DNA of 32,846 bases from Catajapyx aquilonaris (lineage: Eukaryota): positions 1 through 32,846 of the forward strand of contig KZ539120.1 of assembly GCA_000934665.2 (NCBI GenBank), read 5' to 3'. The notes beneath the pieces were generated by a model. That model searched no databases. It worked only from the letters and a program-made list of their open reading frames with translations, and was not told the DNA's origin. Numbering within the stretch: the stretch's first letter is position 1; the number at the start of each line of letters is the position of its first letter. A program made the position numbers and the translations under genes. Below, one piece after another: positions 11,968 to 23,756 of the stretch.

Positions 11968-12430
11968 GAGGGCAAAGGAATTCTCACAGACAATCGCCAG
12001 GTAACCTGATAGTACTTGCAAAACTAATATAGGTGTGCATTTAGTTTGGGCACCGTTGCGTAGTTAATGTATATGGCGCCTTTCAAGTTTCGTGATGTCA
12101 CATCCGCTCCGCCAGCTTCAGAGAAGCAAAAGTCAGCTCAAGGGCCTCTGAATAATCTGGCCTTGGTTCCTTAATGCATCGGCGTTGGTCCCCTAACTCA
12201 TCGTCCATATGCAAGAGGTGTTCAAATCCTGTCAAAGTAAGAATCCAGGTCAACACCTGTGAACTTTGTCGTTTGTTACCTCATATTCTACCATCTGGCC
12301 CTCTACACTTTGAAGGCACCGTATGCATTAACTACGCAATGGCACCCAAAACTAATTGCACATCCCTATATTAGTTTTGCGAGTACTATCAGGCTACCTG
12401 GAGATTGTCCAGGAGAATTCCTTCACCCTG
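11968..12430. mobile_element. Tc1/mariner-type MITE with ~120-bp TIRs in a Twinkle intron
   Basis: 11968-12088 is the diverged reverse complement of about 12310-12430. Right end CACCCTG followed by TA. Confidence 0.85.
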
Positions 12431-12752
12431 TATACATACGGAATATACAAAGTGTCACTAAAGTCAGTTCAGAGCTGTAATGGTGGAAATCATTCATATG
12501 CTGCTCTGTCAAGTGGGCACTAGCTGAAAGATCTGGTGGACTGCCTGCATGCATGTGCAGTCTGAACAACCACTACACAGAAACCAACTTGACTCATGAG
12601 TGTCTGTGAGATTTACACTGACAAATCTCTGCTGACTTTTGGGATATCATGCATAACTCTTTCCACTAGTTAGGTATCCTAAGTGGGCCTTGGATAAAAT
12701 GTTGCCTCAAATGGACTGTGGATTGAAAAATATTGATAGTAACTGCTATTAC

Positions 12753-13467
12753 CACATGGCAATCCAATGACAGGTATGTCAGTATGTGATGCTAATGCAA
12801 CAGCATCCATCATAGAGGGCACCAAAACAGCAGACTTCTCCTTCACACTGCTTTTCCAACCTGCCACCAAGTAGCATCCTGTGGGATAAGTTGCTTCTTC
12901 CTTACAGTCAGAAGTGACCAACTTCAACCCTCCAATGGACCCATCTGGATAAAGTAGTGGGAAGATTAATCTGCCATCAGAATGGACAAGCACTCCATAC
13001 TTTTTGAGCTTTGCTAGCCCAAAATCAGTGACACCAAGCTGGACAGAAATGCTTGACAATGTGGAAGTTGGTAACCTTTCAAGGGGAATGGAATCCTCCA
13101 AAATTGCTTTAATTTTTTCCTTTGTTTCCAACTTTGGCTCAATGTTCACAGTTCTTTGAGGTGGCTTTTGCGATGTGATAAGAAGTTCTAGAGAATCCCA
13201 CTGCCCCCGGTGCTGGCAGGAATTGCACAGGTGGAAACCAGTCACTTTGTTAATAAAGAGCTTCCCACGTGAACGTAGTGGGCGCTTTGTCAGGCGACAC
13301 AAAGGGCAATCCAGTTGAAGACATGTGTGCCCTTCATTAAATGTCAGTTGATGCAACTGTAGAACACGTTTCATGTCAGTGACTGACACACGATGGATAT
13401 TGCTTGAAATAGTGTTGATGCACCGTGACTGGCAGAGTTGCTGCATAAGTTGCCTGAGTCGATTCAT
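12753..13467 (-). CDS. TWNK: Twinkle, coding exon 1 (presequence, Cys-rich ZBD-like domain, primase-like domain)
   Basis: Arg-rich, acid-free N-terminus. GHTCLQLDCPLC...LFINKVTGFHLCNSC. Donor GTAATA in phase 1 joins exon 2 in frame (GLPCG-VKHLP). In-frame stop just upstream of the ATG. Confidence 0.9.
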
Positions 13468-14109
13468 GATTCCCTATTACTTGCATCATGCTGTCATCTT
13501 GTAAATTATTCATGGCATATGTCCTGGAACAAAATATTGAATATAAGTCCCCATTATTATCAATAATGAACACATGTAGAGTGCATGTGCTTCCCAATGT
13601 AGACACCTCTTAGGACTAAGTTTTGCCCGAGCTTCGCCATTAACACACTCTTGCATACACCAATGTGAGAAAAAAAAGGCACAAGGCATTGAAAAGCAAC
13701 GCAGAAAGGCAAGAAATAAGAAAAAAAAATTCTGATCAGATGCAGTATGGTATGTGGGTACACCATGTCTGGTGTAGATATGAAGGAACTAAGAACAGAT
13801 TTTTAAATCAAATTCAAGCCCATATTTCATTAACACATGTACTACTTGTATTAACATATGGTTACCTATTCATCAAAATGTCTCGTGGAACTCCTGACGC
13901 GAACAATGCTATAATCACATGGCAAATATGCATGATCACTTAGCACCTAAGCACTTTTCTCACCTGTTAACACAGCCACGCCTCTGAGAGCAACTGAAGG
14001 CTGCGTTGACATCAAGACTTCACACAACCTTTCAGACAAGTTCGAAGGCACCGAGCGGCAATACCTGTTGTGATATCACGTTGTATGAGGTGCATTGTCT
14101 TCAGCGCCA

Positions 14110-14339
14110 TTTTTGACGGACACGAACGTCACTGGTCACTTGTTTATCGCGTCTCAAACTCCCGCAAAAGTGTCTTTATGCACCACACAGAATGCCGTTT
14201 ATAATAATTTTATTATTTATCAAATATTTCAAAGCATCATGTAGCTTAAAAATGTCGATTTATGCTGTTGTTTCAGTATGGTATGGACGCTTAGTATGGA
14301 CGATGGGAAATGGGAATGATCGGTATTGAAAAATTAACA
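14110..14339. promoter_or_regulatory. Probable bidirectional promoter TWNK/COMMD8
   Basis: CpG-rich segments on both sides of an AT-rich core. YY1/Pho-like AAATGGCG (minus, ~14105-14112) and ACATGGCGG (plus, 14337-14345). Strong minus-strand donor CAG|GTGAGA at 13964/13963 marks a candidate non-coding Twinkle exon 1. Confidence 0.6.
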
Positions 14340-14557
14340 TGGCGGCCGCCGGAGGTGTGAAGCCGGAATCGTTGCAGAAGTATTCACAGGAGGATTTGGT
14401 AAAGCTCTTCCACTACTGTGTGGACGAATTATGCGGGAGATGTGGCATCAAGGTTTCTCCGCCTTTGGACTTGAGCAGGGAGGATTTTTCGGCCGACTGC
14501 GACGTTCTCTCTTCACTGGCCAAGTTGGCAGTAGGCCAGAACTGGAGCAAGGAACAG
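14339..14557 (+). CDS. COMMD8: COMM domain-containing protein 8, exon 1
   Basis: LQKYSQEDLVKLFHYCVDELCGR...AVGQNWSKEQ resembles the COMMD8 N-terminus. Donor CAG|GTGTGC, phase 0. The three exons give 183 aa. Confidence 0.85.
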
Positions 14558-16459
14558 GTGTGCATGATGGCAGCTGTAGTCAGCACTCACTTCAGAGAAT
14601 TATAAGGGTCATTCAGATGAAAACGAGCCACTGTCATATAGGAAATTTCTGGATGGGTTTCTCGCAACATCTTATACACAAAGCGAAGGCCGTACCAGTG
14701 TAGCATTATGACACACTGATAGTTGGCATTTCGGTCACTTGACACAGTCGCAGTGTGCCGTTGAGCCACCCCCACCCCCTCTGCCCCTTCAAAGAGACAA
14801 TCCAGTCAGATATAGAAGCAACAGATGTTGAGCACTGAATGGTAATCCGTTTTTGAACTGCGGAAATCCATCGCTGTTTGAGTAATGTGTACGAAAACTG
14901 CATGTCTTTGTCATGTTAGAGCCTGGAGTAAGCGGTTTGCTTGCCCTGGCCTGGAATCACCAGTCAATGACGACCACCCCTCTTGGAACTGCATGCTCCT
15001 GGCTCTAACACGTGACAAAGATATGCACTTTTTGTACACGGTACTCATATGGTGATGGATATCTGTACTCCCGACACCTTCCATGGTTCAAAAAAGGATT
15101 ACTGCTTGGTGCTCAACACCTGTTGCTTCCATATCTGACTGGACGGTGGCTGGGTAGGTGGCCGATGGGGGGATTGGAGGTTTTGCCAAATTTTGGCTAT
15201 GGGTGCAATAGTGGAAAATATTATTATTATCCCACTGTACCTGAAGTTCCCAACGTATACTCGAAAATGTATACTGGGATTGTTTGATCCGTCCTGAACT
15301 TCACTTAATGCCCAGTGTTGCCCCACTTGTGATAAGAATTGAAAACTGCACAAGTGATAACAGGCTACATAACAGAGGTTAGAAAACCCCAGACAGCTCT
15401 TTTTCAGCAAAAAATATATACAGGAAATGGATTTGACCAATTGATTTTTGTAATAAGTATATTGTTTACCATAGCGTTTGCTATTGTGATAAAATGCTTA
15501 CAGGAGAAAATAATGTTACAGAACTACGTGAGCAGTATATTTCCCAAAGAAGCATCATGACGAACAGTGAGAAAAAAGACTTGGTGTGATGGAAATTTTT
15601 TAATTATCTTGTATTAATATAAAGTTTTAAACTCATTTAATATAATTATTTTGTATGAGGTAATAAAATACTTTAAAAAGTTATAGTACATGGCACAAAA
15701 GCAGCTACAGTCTGACGGGAAATTAACATGCCATTTTCAGGACATGAAATGTGCAAGTAAATAGAATGACCCATATATGACAGTGGCTCGTTTTCATCTG
15801 AATGTCCCTTATACGAGAGCTAGTCGGAAAATAAGTTTCGCAATGCTACACATTCCACGCCATGTGACGGACAGGGTAAAAACAAGCATAAGCAGATACG
15901 ATGGTCCTTCTTCTACTTTATAGGACAGGTTCTTGCAACTTATGCGCAGGTGCGGCAGCCGTTGGATGAGACAGAGTGGTGAGCCGAGCTTGCCCGCCCA
16001 TATGCTGCCAGGAAATGTCATGCCAGATAGAGAGTGTTGGTCACATAGACTGAGGCAGAACGCAGAAGTGAGGGCAGATGTTAGCTACCAGTGGTCGACA
16101 CTTTACATAGGACATATGACATTCATCGCTGGCTAGTGGAGTGTATGGTCCGGAGATGTCATGTCTGAGCAAATGGTGCAGCGATATGGTGCCAGCAATT
16201 TCAGAATAAGCTTGCAAGCGTAAAAGACAAGCAGAGATCCGAACTACCGGTGATGGCAATTGCTGACAGTGTCCTCAAGTGTCCTAACTTCTTTCTTAGT
16301 CCATATGACCCAACTCTCTGTCTGGCATGACATTTCCTGGAGGCATATGGGCGGGCTTGCTCTGCTCACCACTTGGTCTCGTCCGACAGCTGCTGCGCCT
16401 GCGCAGAAGTTGCAAGAAGGCGCCTACCCGTCCTGTAAAGTAGAGGAAGGATCAACATA

Positions 16460-18070
16460 CGAGATAGGCGCCAAAAGTTTCCTGCCTGACTATGTTCCAG
16501 GGGTGATAGAAATAAAACAACAATAGTGTCAGGTAGGGAGGCAGAATGGTGCTGCGGTAACGCACGCGCCCATGGATGTTAAGGTCCGGGGTTCGAACCC
16601 AACCCGGGGTTTCCCCCTTCATCTCGTGCAGAGTTGGGCCATCTCTGGCTTCCTCTTGGGTGGAAATTTCCGCTAGACTAATCCACCCGGGGGAGTTGAC
16701 AAAATGACCAAGCTACGACATTGCACTTGCACTTTGCACATCCCCTCGTACCTACCCTAATTATGGACCAACTAAATAATTAAATTATACACATGGTTCC
16801 AAATATGGTGGCATTCCCACCCCCCTAAGAGGGCCTAGCACGGGGTATCTAAACAAAAGCAAAAAAAAAAGCAAAAAAAAAAAACCCATCGTGTCAGGAG
16901 TCCCAACTGTGAGCGGAGGAATGTACAAGTTTCACCCGGCAACATCACTCAGTCTCTTAGAAAAGTCAACTTTAGCCAGACGAGTTACGAGATGGTGAAA
17001 AATCGAGTATCGAGAGTGATCAAGTTCCTCACCAAGGAAGGCCTTACTACCATCTCTATTAAACAGGGCTTGGATGGTGGGTATGGTGAAGCTTCCTCTT
17101 CATATTCCACCATGAAGGAATGTGCTAAGCAGTTTCGTTTGGGCTGAGAGAGCATTGAAGGCGAGCTTTGGGACTTTAGGCCCGTGGAGGTGCTGACAGC
17201 AGAGACCGTCTGTCTTTTGGAGGAGTAGGTGCTACAAGCAGGCCCTTGAAGGCCTTGAACTCTTAGCAATGTCGGGGCTTTCAGACACCACCGTTCCTCT
17301 CATTCTTCATGAACACCTTCACATGAAAAGGTCAGCACAAAATGGGTGCCCCGACTTCTGTCCGCAATTCAAAAGCAAAAGTGCGTAACCTGTTGCGAAA
17401 TGTTTTCAGACCTTCGCCATGGCAAACAGAAAGAAGTACTGGAGTCCATCATCACAGGAGATGAAACTATGGTCCTGTGCTATGATCCTCTATCAAAAAG
17501 AGAATTAATGGAATGGCGTAGGGCGGATGGAAAGCAGCCTAGTGACCTGGTCTACCAAGAAGACCCTGGTGACGATTCTTTAGAATCCCAACGGAATCTT
17601 ACTGATTGACTTCAAGGATTAAAACACAATTGTCTACAGGGAGTCCTACTCTGGCCTGCTGCACAAGTTTCATGATGCCATGAAGAAGAGATATGGGAAG
17701 CTGAGTTGGGGTGTTCGCCAACTTCAGGATAATGCACCAGGTTACAGGACAATGTTTCCAAGGCTGCTGTGAGGAACTGTGGCTTCGAGGAGCTTGATCA
17801 CTCACCCTACTAGCCCCTAGTGACTATTACCTGTTATCCAACCTCAAAAAAGAACTTCAAGGTACGATTAAAAAGTGATGAAGAGTTGCAAGAGGCAGTA
17901 TATGAGCATTTTGTAGAGAAAACTTTGGACTATTTGTCCAGAGGTATTGAAAGGATAATTATGAGAATTGCATTGATGTACAAGTAGACTATATTGAAAA
18001 ATGACACTGTCGTTTTATTTCCATCACCCCTGGAACATGGCCAGCCCAGAAACTTTTGGCGCCTACCTCG
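16460..18070 (+). mobile_element. Degenerate near-full-length mariner element with ~70-bp TIRs
   Basis: TA-flanked TIRs CGAGATAGGCGCCAAAAGTTTC... / ...GAAACTTTTGGCGCCTACCTCG. Broken transposase from about 16992 to 18000 with VIKFLTKEG, KWVPRLL, IITGDET, QDNAP and HSPY...PSDYYL motifs. Confidence 0.92.
16534..16885 (+). mobile_element. tRNA-derived SINE, family A copy 2, inserted at the inner edge of the mariner left TIR
   Basis: B box GGTTCGAACC, body shared with 1636..2008, A-rich tail. TSD core GTGTCAGG at 16526-16533 and 16891-16898. Confidence 0.88.
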
Positions 18071-18199
18071 TACCTGCCCATGCTCGTCTTGATCCCACAT
18101 GGTGTCAAAACTGTAGCATCGCGAAACTTATTTTCTGACTAGCCCTCGTATGTATAAGGTGTTCCAATTGAAATGTCCACAGCGGTTAGGGATATTTTT

Positions 18200-18346
18200 G
18201 TACTATCAGTCCACCAAGAATTGTCGCAGCGGCAGCGCACGAACTACAATCTACGAGCACTTCTCCATTGACTTCTCCCCCCGGAAGTGCTCGTAACTGT
18301 AGTTCGTGTGCTGCCGCTGCGACAATTCTTGGTGGCCTGATAGTAC
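18200..18346. mobile_element. Near-perfect ~147-bp hairpin MITE
   Basis: Arms of about 63 bp (GTACTATCAG.CCACCAAGAATTGTCGCAGCGGCAGC.CACGAACTACA..TACGAGCACTTC) around a ~20-nt loop, with TA at both ends. Confidence 0.88.
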
Positions 18347-18493
18347 TAACCTGTTTTTTTTAGGCAGTTAATTTGAAAGAGTTATGTAAGGGATTGTCAA
18401 AGGTATTGGTTGATTATATTCGGTTAAATTGAAGCATGTATAGGACAAGTTTTATGGGTCTATGATCAGGACACTTTTCTCTCAACAGTAATA

Positions 18494-19072
18494 CGAGAGC
18501 CTTACCAAAATGATTTCCCCCCTTTTTTTTTGCCACAAGTACAGGGCCCATGCAGGTCAGCAGATAGTCACACATTATCGATAGAACCATCCTGGAGCCA
18601 AATGCACTGGCACCACAGGTGTGGCAACCTCTCCAGGCCTTCCAGGAACCACTTTTTGGTGGTGTGGTGCCCCCACTCCCAGACAACTGCTTACAGTCAG
18701 CAATGTCCTCGGAATGGTGTCAGCGAAGGAGTTTTTTCATGAATGCAGCTTTTGGTGCTTCCACACCCACTGTACTCCCCTGGTCTGGCCCCCTGTGACT
18801 TTCACCTGTTCAGATCCATGAAAAACCTCCTTCGCCCACACCATTTTGAGGACATTGTTGACTGCAAACAGTTGTCTGGGAGTGGGTGCGCCGCACCACC
18901 AAAAAGTGATTCATGGAGGGCATGGAGATGCTGTCACACCCTGGCACCAGTGCATTCGGCTCCATGAGGATTCTCTCGTTAATGTGTGCCTATCTTCTGA
19001 CCTGCATGCAGTGCATGGGCCCTGTATTTTTGGCAATAAAATAAAGTGCAAATCATTTTGGTATGGCCCTCA
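18494..19072. mobile_element. Mariner-derived foldback MITE built from an inverted duplication of the element 3' end
   Basis: Arms about 18494-18710 and 18848-19072 are diverged reverse complements. The centre encodes LPHPLYSPGLAPCDFHLFRSMKN (YSPDLAP motif) on the + strand. TA flanks. Confidence 0.88.
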
Positions 19073-19656
19073 TAAATCTCAGACTTGCACAACGATCGCC
19101 TAGCGCACTCGATTGCCGGCCGGCATAACCCTACCCCCCGACCCCTAACCTACCCCTACCCCCAAGTTGTGGACCATTTCCATGTTGATAGTAGGGGAGA
19201 TCGGGGTCGGTTGTAACAGGGTATGGTTGTAACATCGCCAATAATAAATACCTTTGGAAAGCCCTGAAGCTGAAACTCACACGGCACGTGTGTCACTATG
19301 GCCTCTAAGCCAGGCAAAACTTAGGCTTCTCCTTTTTGGTTTTTTGTTCTTCCGTACGGAAAGAATCAAAATCAAGGTGTGTTCCCAACTTTTGTAAGTA
19401 ACAATAATCAAGTGATTATGTGAAGGGTAGAGGTGACATGTTCCAATTGCCATTGGTATCATGAGAAAGCTTCCTTTAGTGGGGTCACACTGACAGAATG
19501 GATGACCAAATCATGTGCACAGTTATCCGTGCATTGCCAAAAAATAATATTTAAAATAAAGTCCGAAAAAATGTGTCACATTTTCATCCCACTTCTGGAT
19601 ACTGCTAACGTAGCAGTACCAGTGTCAACACAGGTACTGCTAAGTTAGCAGTAACT

Positions 19657-19997
19657 GGGGGATGTGTGGTGGCCGAGATGGTAACGTCTCGGCTTGCTGA
19701 GTGAAAGGTCCCAGGTTCGATCCCCACCTGGGAGTTCCCTTTCACCTGCGTCCGGAGGGTCTGGCAACCTAACCTCCTGGGGGACTGCACATGACCCAAT
19801 ATCTGACAATGCACCTGCACCTACGTTCCCTCCCCAAAAATCCCTATCCTCACCCCAATGTCCTTGACTTCCCTGCACCGGAGTTGAAGAAAAATGGAAA
19901 AACAATTAAGAAAATATGATGGTATCCCACCTCCCATAAAAGAGCCACAGCCTCTATCACGGAGTAGCGGTGGGGGGAGAGGGAGAGAGAGAGAGAG
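19657..19997 (+). mobile_element. tRNA-derived SINE, family E
   Basis: A box TGGCCGAGATGG, B box GGTTCGATCC, (GA)n tail. Perfect 14-bp TSD AGTTAGCAGTAACT at 19643-19656 and 19998-20011. Confidence 0.9.
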
Positions 19998-20223
19998 AGT
20001 TAGCAGTAACTATCAGTGGGACGAAAATTCAACCCACTGTCAATATGTCTCGCCAACGAAGAAATATAACAGACTTTTTCTAGAAGACAAAGTAATAATC
20101 TATGGTAAGTTTTATTATTTTTATGCAACCAGGCAGCATACTTTCTATACAGTAGTACATTAAAAACCTGTGAGTAGATCATTTTAGGGTATCTAGGACC
20201 ATTATCCAATTATCCGGCGACAC

Positions 20224-20511
20224 ACTGAAGCAGTTTGGAGTAGGGAATATGGTGTCCGACTGCTAATCGGGAGGTCCTTGGATCAAATCCCGAGGACGGC
20301 AACTCTCACCGTGGTTTTCTGTGGTTTCCCACGGTCCTTAGACAGGAAAATTCTGGAGTTGTTTCCGTAATTAATAGGCCGCAGCCGCTTCCTTCCGTCC
20401 CTATCCTATCCCAAAAAGCGCAGTAAAATGAAAGCAAAGAGTTCCAGGCAAAACAAAAACTTCCCCCCCTAAAGAGCCGATAGGCTGATAACGGGGTATG
20501 AATTATTATAC
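20224..20511 (+). mobile_element. tRNA-derived SINE, family C copy 1 (central domain like locust Lm1/termite SINEs)
   Basis: B box GGATCAAATCC, core GTGGTTTTCTGTGGTTTCCC...CAGGAAAATTCTGG...GGCCGCAGCCGCTTCCTTCC. TSD ATCCGGCGACAC at 20212-20223 and 20512-20523. Second copy at 26035..26342. Confidence 0.88.
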
Positions 20512-20862
20512 ATCCGGCGACACCTGTGCAGTCATAAGCCCGGATCATCGGGAGTATAGTGCATATCATTTTGTATTTTACAAATTCCTTATTTTGTAGA
20601 AATGTCACTTAACAGCTAGAATGTCATTAGTGCCTAGAAATTGTGCATAAGAGGCAATTTGATTGAAAATGTGATGGAAATGAAGTTTTTTTGATGGGAA
20701 GACAGGCTTTTGCTGATATTTTCTTCATAATAACCTTATAAGGGGCAGCGTCATATTTCAATGGTCTAGGCTACTTTGATCCCTGGTGATGGATTTCTCA
20801 TCTGGGATAGAGTTTTGATGGATTTCCTGTGCATTTGTAAGAGTTTTTCAATTAATTGCACT

Positions 20863-20950
20863 ATTAAACTCTGTTAATGACAAAGGGTCGAATTTTCGTC
20901 CCAGTCCTAGTTAGGCGAAAATTCCACCCAATGTCATTGAATGGGGTTAA
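20863..20950. mobile_element. Minute TTAA-flanked palindromic element (piggyBac-like MITE relic)
   Basis: TTAA...AATGACA..GGGT.GAATTTTCG / CGAAAATTC.ACCC..TGTCATT...GGGTTAA. Confidence 0.5.
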
Positions 20951-21909
20951 GCAAATAAAAGATTATCTAATGTCAAATGCACTGCCACCAGAAAACATTT
21001 TTCTACTGGAAAAGAGTTTGCAAATGAATACATGAATTTCCAAAGGGCCCAAGTCCAGCAACATGAAATTTCCAGGAGAAGGAAAAAAACGATGCCACAA
21101 GAACAGAATTACTGCCTGGCAGTTGGGATTTTAACACAGTGGACCATATCTAAAAACGGTTGCGTTGAAGCAATATGAACACCATACGACGAACAGTGTG
21201 CTAATCATAAATAAAATTAAGTGCCTGACTTGGGTCCTTTGGAAAAACAATAAGTGGATATGGAATCCTGGATAACACAAGAGGTAGCCTCAGCATTCCA
21301 AGACTAATATTGAAGTCAATACCACCTGCTAATGCATTGTGCAGTACATGGACATCATGAAATCATATTTTGCAGGCACTACTGCAGGCCATACCTGCTA
21401 TTTTTGTGATGTCCTTTCATGCAGCTAATAACTTACCCAGCTCATGCTTCCCACTGTCGCCACCTGCCGTTCGTTCTACAATATGTTTTGCAGAACGGCC
21501 CAAGTCAGCAACTTGGGCCTTTCTACCAAACATCGAAATTTCCCAATGCCATTTTCCTCCTGTTCAAATGGGACTTGGGCCTTCCTATGCAGCATACATA
21601 TGCAGCCCGGTACTGTGCATTTCCATGATGCATCCGTCCGTTCCTAACACAAGTTTTGCCTACGTGTACAAGTGTATTTTATTATAACAATGCCAGGATG
21701 CATGCACTGCATGCTTAATCCATTTCATGCAATGTGTGTGTATTGTTGCAATAAAATACGCCAGTACATGTTGGCAAAACCTGCGTTACGAACGGACAGT
21801 ATGTCTGTGTTTGCGTGGAAATGCCCACTGTGAACAGATCTCCGGTCTTACCTCAGTTTTGCCCAAACAAACGACTTGGTCCCTTTGGAAATTCATGTAT
21901 TCAAATGTT

Positions 21910-22240
21910 GTAGGGCGGCATGATGGTCTAGCGGTTACGCTGCTGGCCAGCCAAGTGGGAGGCCGGGGTTCAAATCCCGTCCCCATCACCTCTGCTTGGC
22001 CGGGTCTCTTTCCGCTTTTCACCCGACATGCCGGGGCAGAATTGCACTCCCTACTCTGCCCGGGGCCAGCAGAAAAGGTCTGGTGTATTTCACAAAGTCA
22101 GAAATGACTAAAAATTACAGTGCCCTCCCTTGGGAACGTCCCCTTCCCCCCTAAGAGGGCCACGAGCTCTATCAAAGGGTAAAAATAAAAAAGAAAAGAA
22201 AAGAAAAATAAAAATAAAAGAAATTAAAAATTAAAAAATA
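21910..22240 (+). mobile_element. tRNA-derived SINE, family B copy 2 (uninterrupted)
   Basis: A box TGGTCTAGCGG, B box GGTTCAAATCC, A-rich tail. Perfect 15-bp TSD ATGTATTCAAATGTT at 21895-21909 and 22241-22255. Confidence 0.92.
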
Positions 22241-23125
22241 ATGTATTCAAATGTTTTCTGTGCGCAGCGTTGCTGATAAGACATTCAAGAAGGTGTTGAG
22301 CTGACCTGTCTTGCCTATAATTTGAGCTGTCTCCCTTGTCAAATGCTTTCAGGTGTTTTATTTTCCAAGTTATCACTTCTGAGTTCAGAAGGTGGTGTGC
22401 CAGTACTGCTATAGGAGTTTGGATTGTCATGGATAGTCTTGTTATTAATTACTAGTAATCAATGCCCATCGTAACAAGCATAGCTCATATATTTCTGTTT
22501 TTGTGCAAGTGGGGGTGTTGACAGTGTCTGATGGAATTCAATTGATTGAAATGTAGAGGTTTCCTGTTATCGTAGAAGAAGGTTTGTCTGGTTGGGTGGC
22601 AATAATTCTAAACCAATCAGGAGCAGTGGGTGGTTGTGATTGTTGCACAGTGTAGAGGCGCCAACTCCTTTTGAAAATCCATATAGCTTTGCATCAGGAC
22701 TAAATTTTCATGAGGTCTTCAGGCACGCAGTGTGAATTGTGGCCGGCGGTGAAAATCCTTCCCTACCACAATGCGCATCCAATCTGGCCCCTGGATACAC
22801 CCCACACTATTGAATTGCATTGGCCTGATGACCTGCTGAAAAATCTGACCTGACGCAATGCACATCCAAACGCTCCCTGGCCACCCCCAAGCCCCAGGCT
22901 GCCCCCGACCACTCTCCACCAACCTGAAGCAAACCCTGGGCATAGCCACTACAGGACTACTGCCACTCTCAGATGACATCATCCTGGGACAGACAGATAT
23001 TGTTGATCTGAATATTATGTCATTTAAAATATCAAAATCTTAACATTGTCTACTGCAATTATTAGGCCTAAGTAAAATGCATCTTTATGTATCTGAAGAT
23101 GATGAGGCAAATTTTTACCCTGCAG

Positions 23126-23278
23126 GTTTCAGAGCATCTCTCCGAGTTAGACTCAGCCGTCCGAGATGCATTGTGGGACAGCATCTCGGAGAGAACCGAT
23201 GACATTAGAGCAGCTCTTTTGAAAGCAACAGCTGCTGTGTCACAAGTAGTTCTCACTGACTTTGATTGGAATGTCAAG
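23126..23278 (+). CDS. COMMD8: COMMD8 exon 2
   Basis: VSEHLSELD...ERTDDIRAALLK...LTDFDWNVK (start of the COMM domain, conserved Trp). Acceptor CCCTGCAG, donor AAG|GTAACT, phase 0/0. Confidence 0.9.
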
Positions 23279-23756
23279 GTAACTACTGTATATTAATATT
23301 TTATTTGGCTTTTGGACAAATACTGTTCTTTACATATTATTCCAACTACAAACTCCCCATTCAGCCATGATCACAACCTAACCTCAGGGGTTGGTAACTG
23401 AGGATTATTCAAAAACCGTCAAAAACCCATCAACAAAACAGTAAATAAGCAAACTAATATCAGGGACTTTTTTTTTGTCCTCCATTTTCTTGGAGATAGA
23501 GAGTTGTGAAGAGGAATGACTGCATGGGATAAGCTTTAGACCCAAAACAATTCAGTGAGAAAAGGGAGAGTAGAGTTGGAAACCAACAATGTGAATTTTG
23601 ATCCTGCTGCAGCTGTCCTTCTTGCTCTGACAGATACTGACTGTGAGATCCAGTGGCATGACCCTAGCAGACTCAGTTGGTCCAGCACCCAAAGAGGAAT
23701 GAACAAAGCACAATACATGTTTGAAGATCTGGTCATGTCCTCCCATTGCATACTAC

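Larger units (their letters stand above)
15814..18148. mobile_element. Foldback MITE (~250-bp arms, TA flanks) whose right arm is split by a mariner
   Basis: Left arm 15814-16060 is the diverged reverse complement of 16293-16457 plus 18073-18148. Termini TA-CGAGAGCTAGTC...GACTAGCCCTCG-TA. Confidence 0.85.

Noticed and set aside
19192..19250. TAGGGGAGATCGGGGTCGGTTGTAACA..., resembling a DNA transposon end
   Set aside because: No matching opposite TIR or TSD could be located with confidence.
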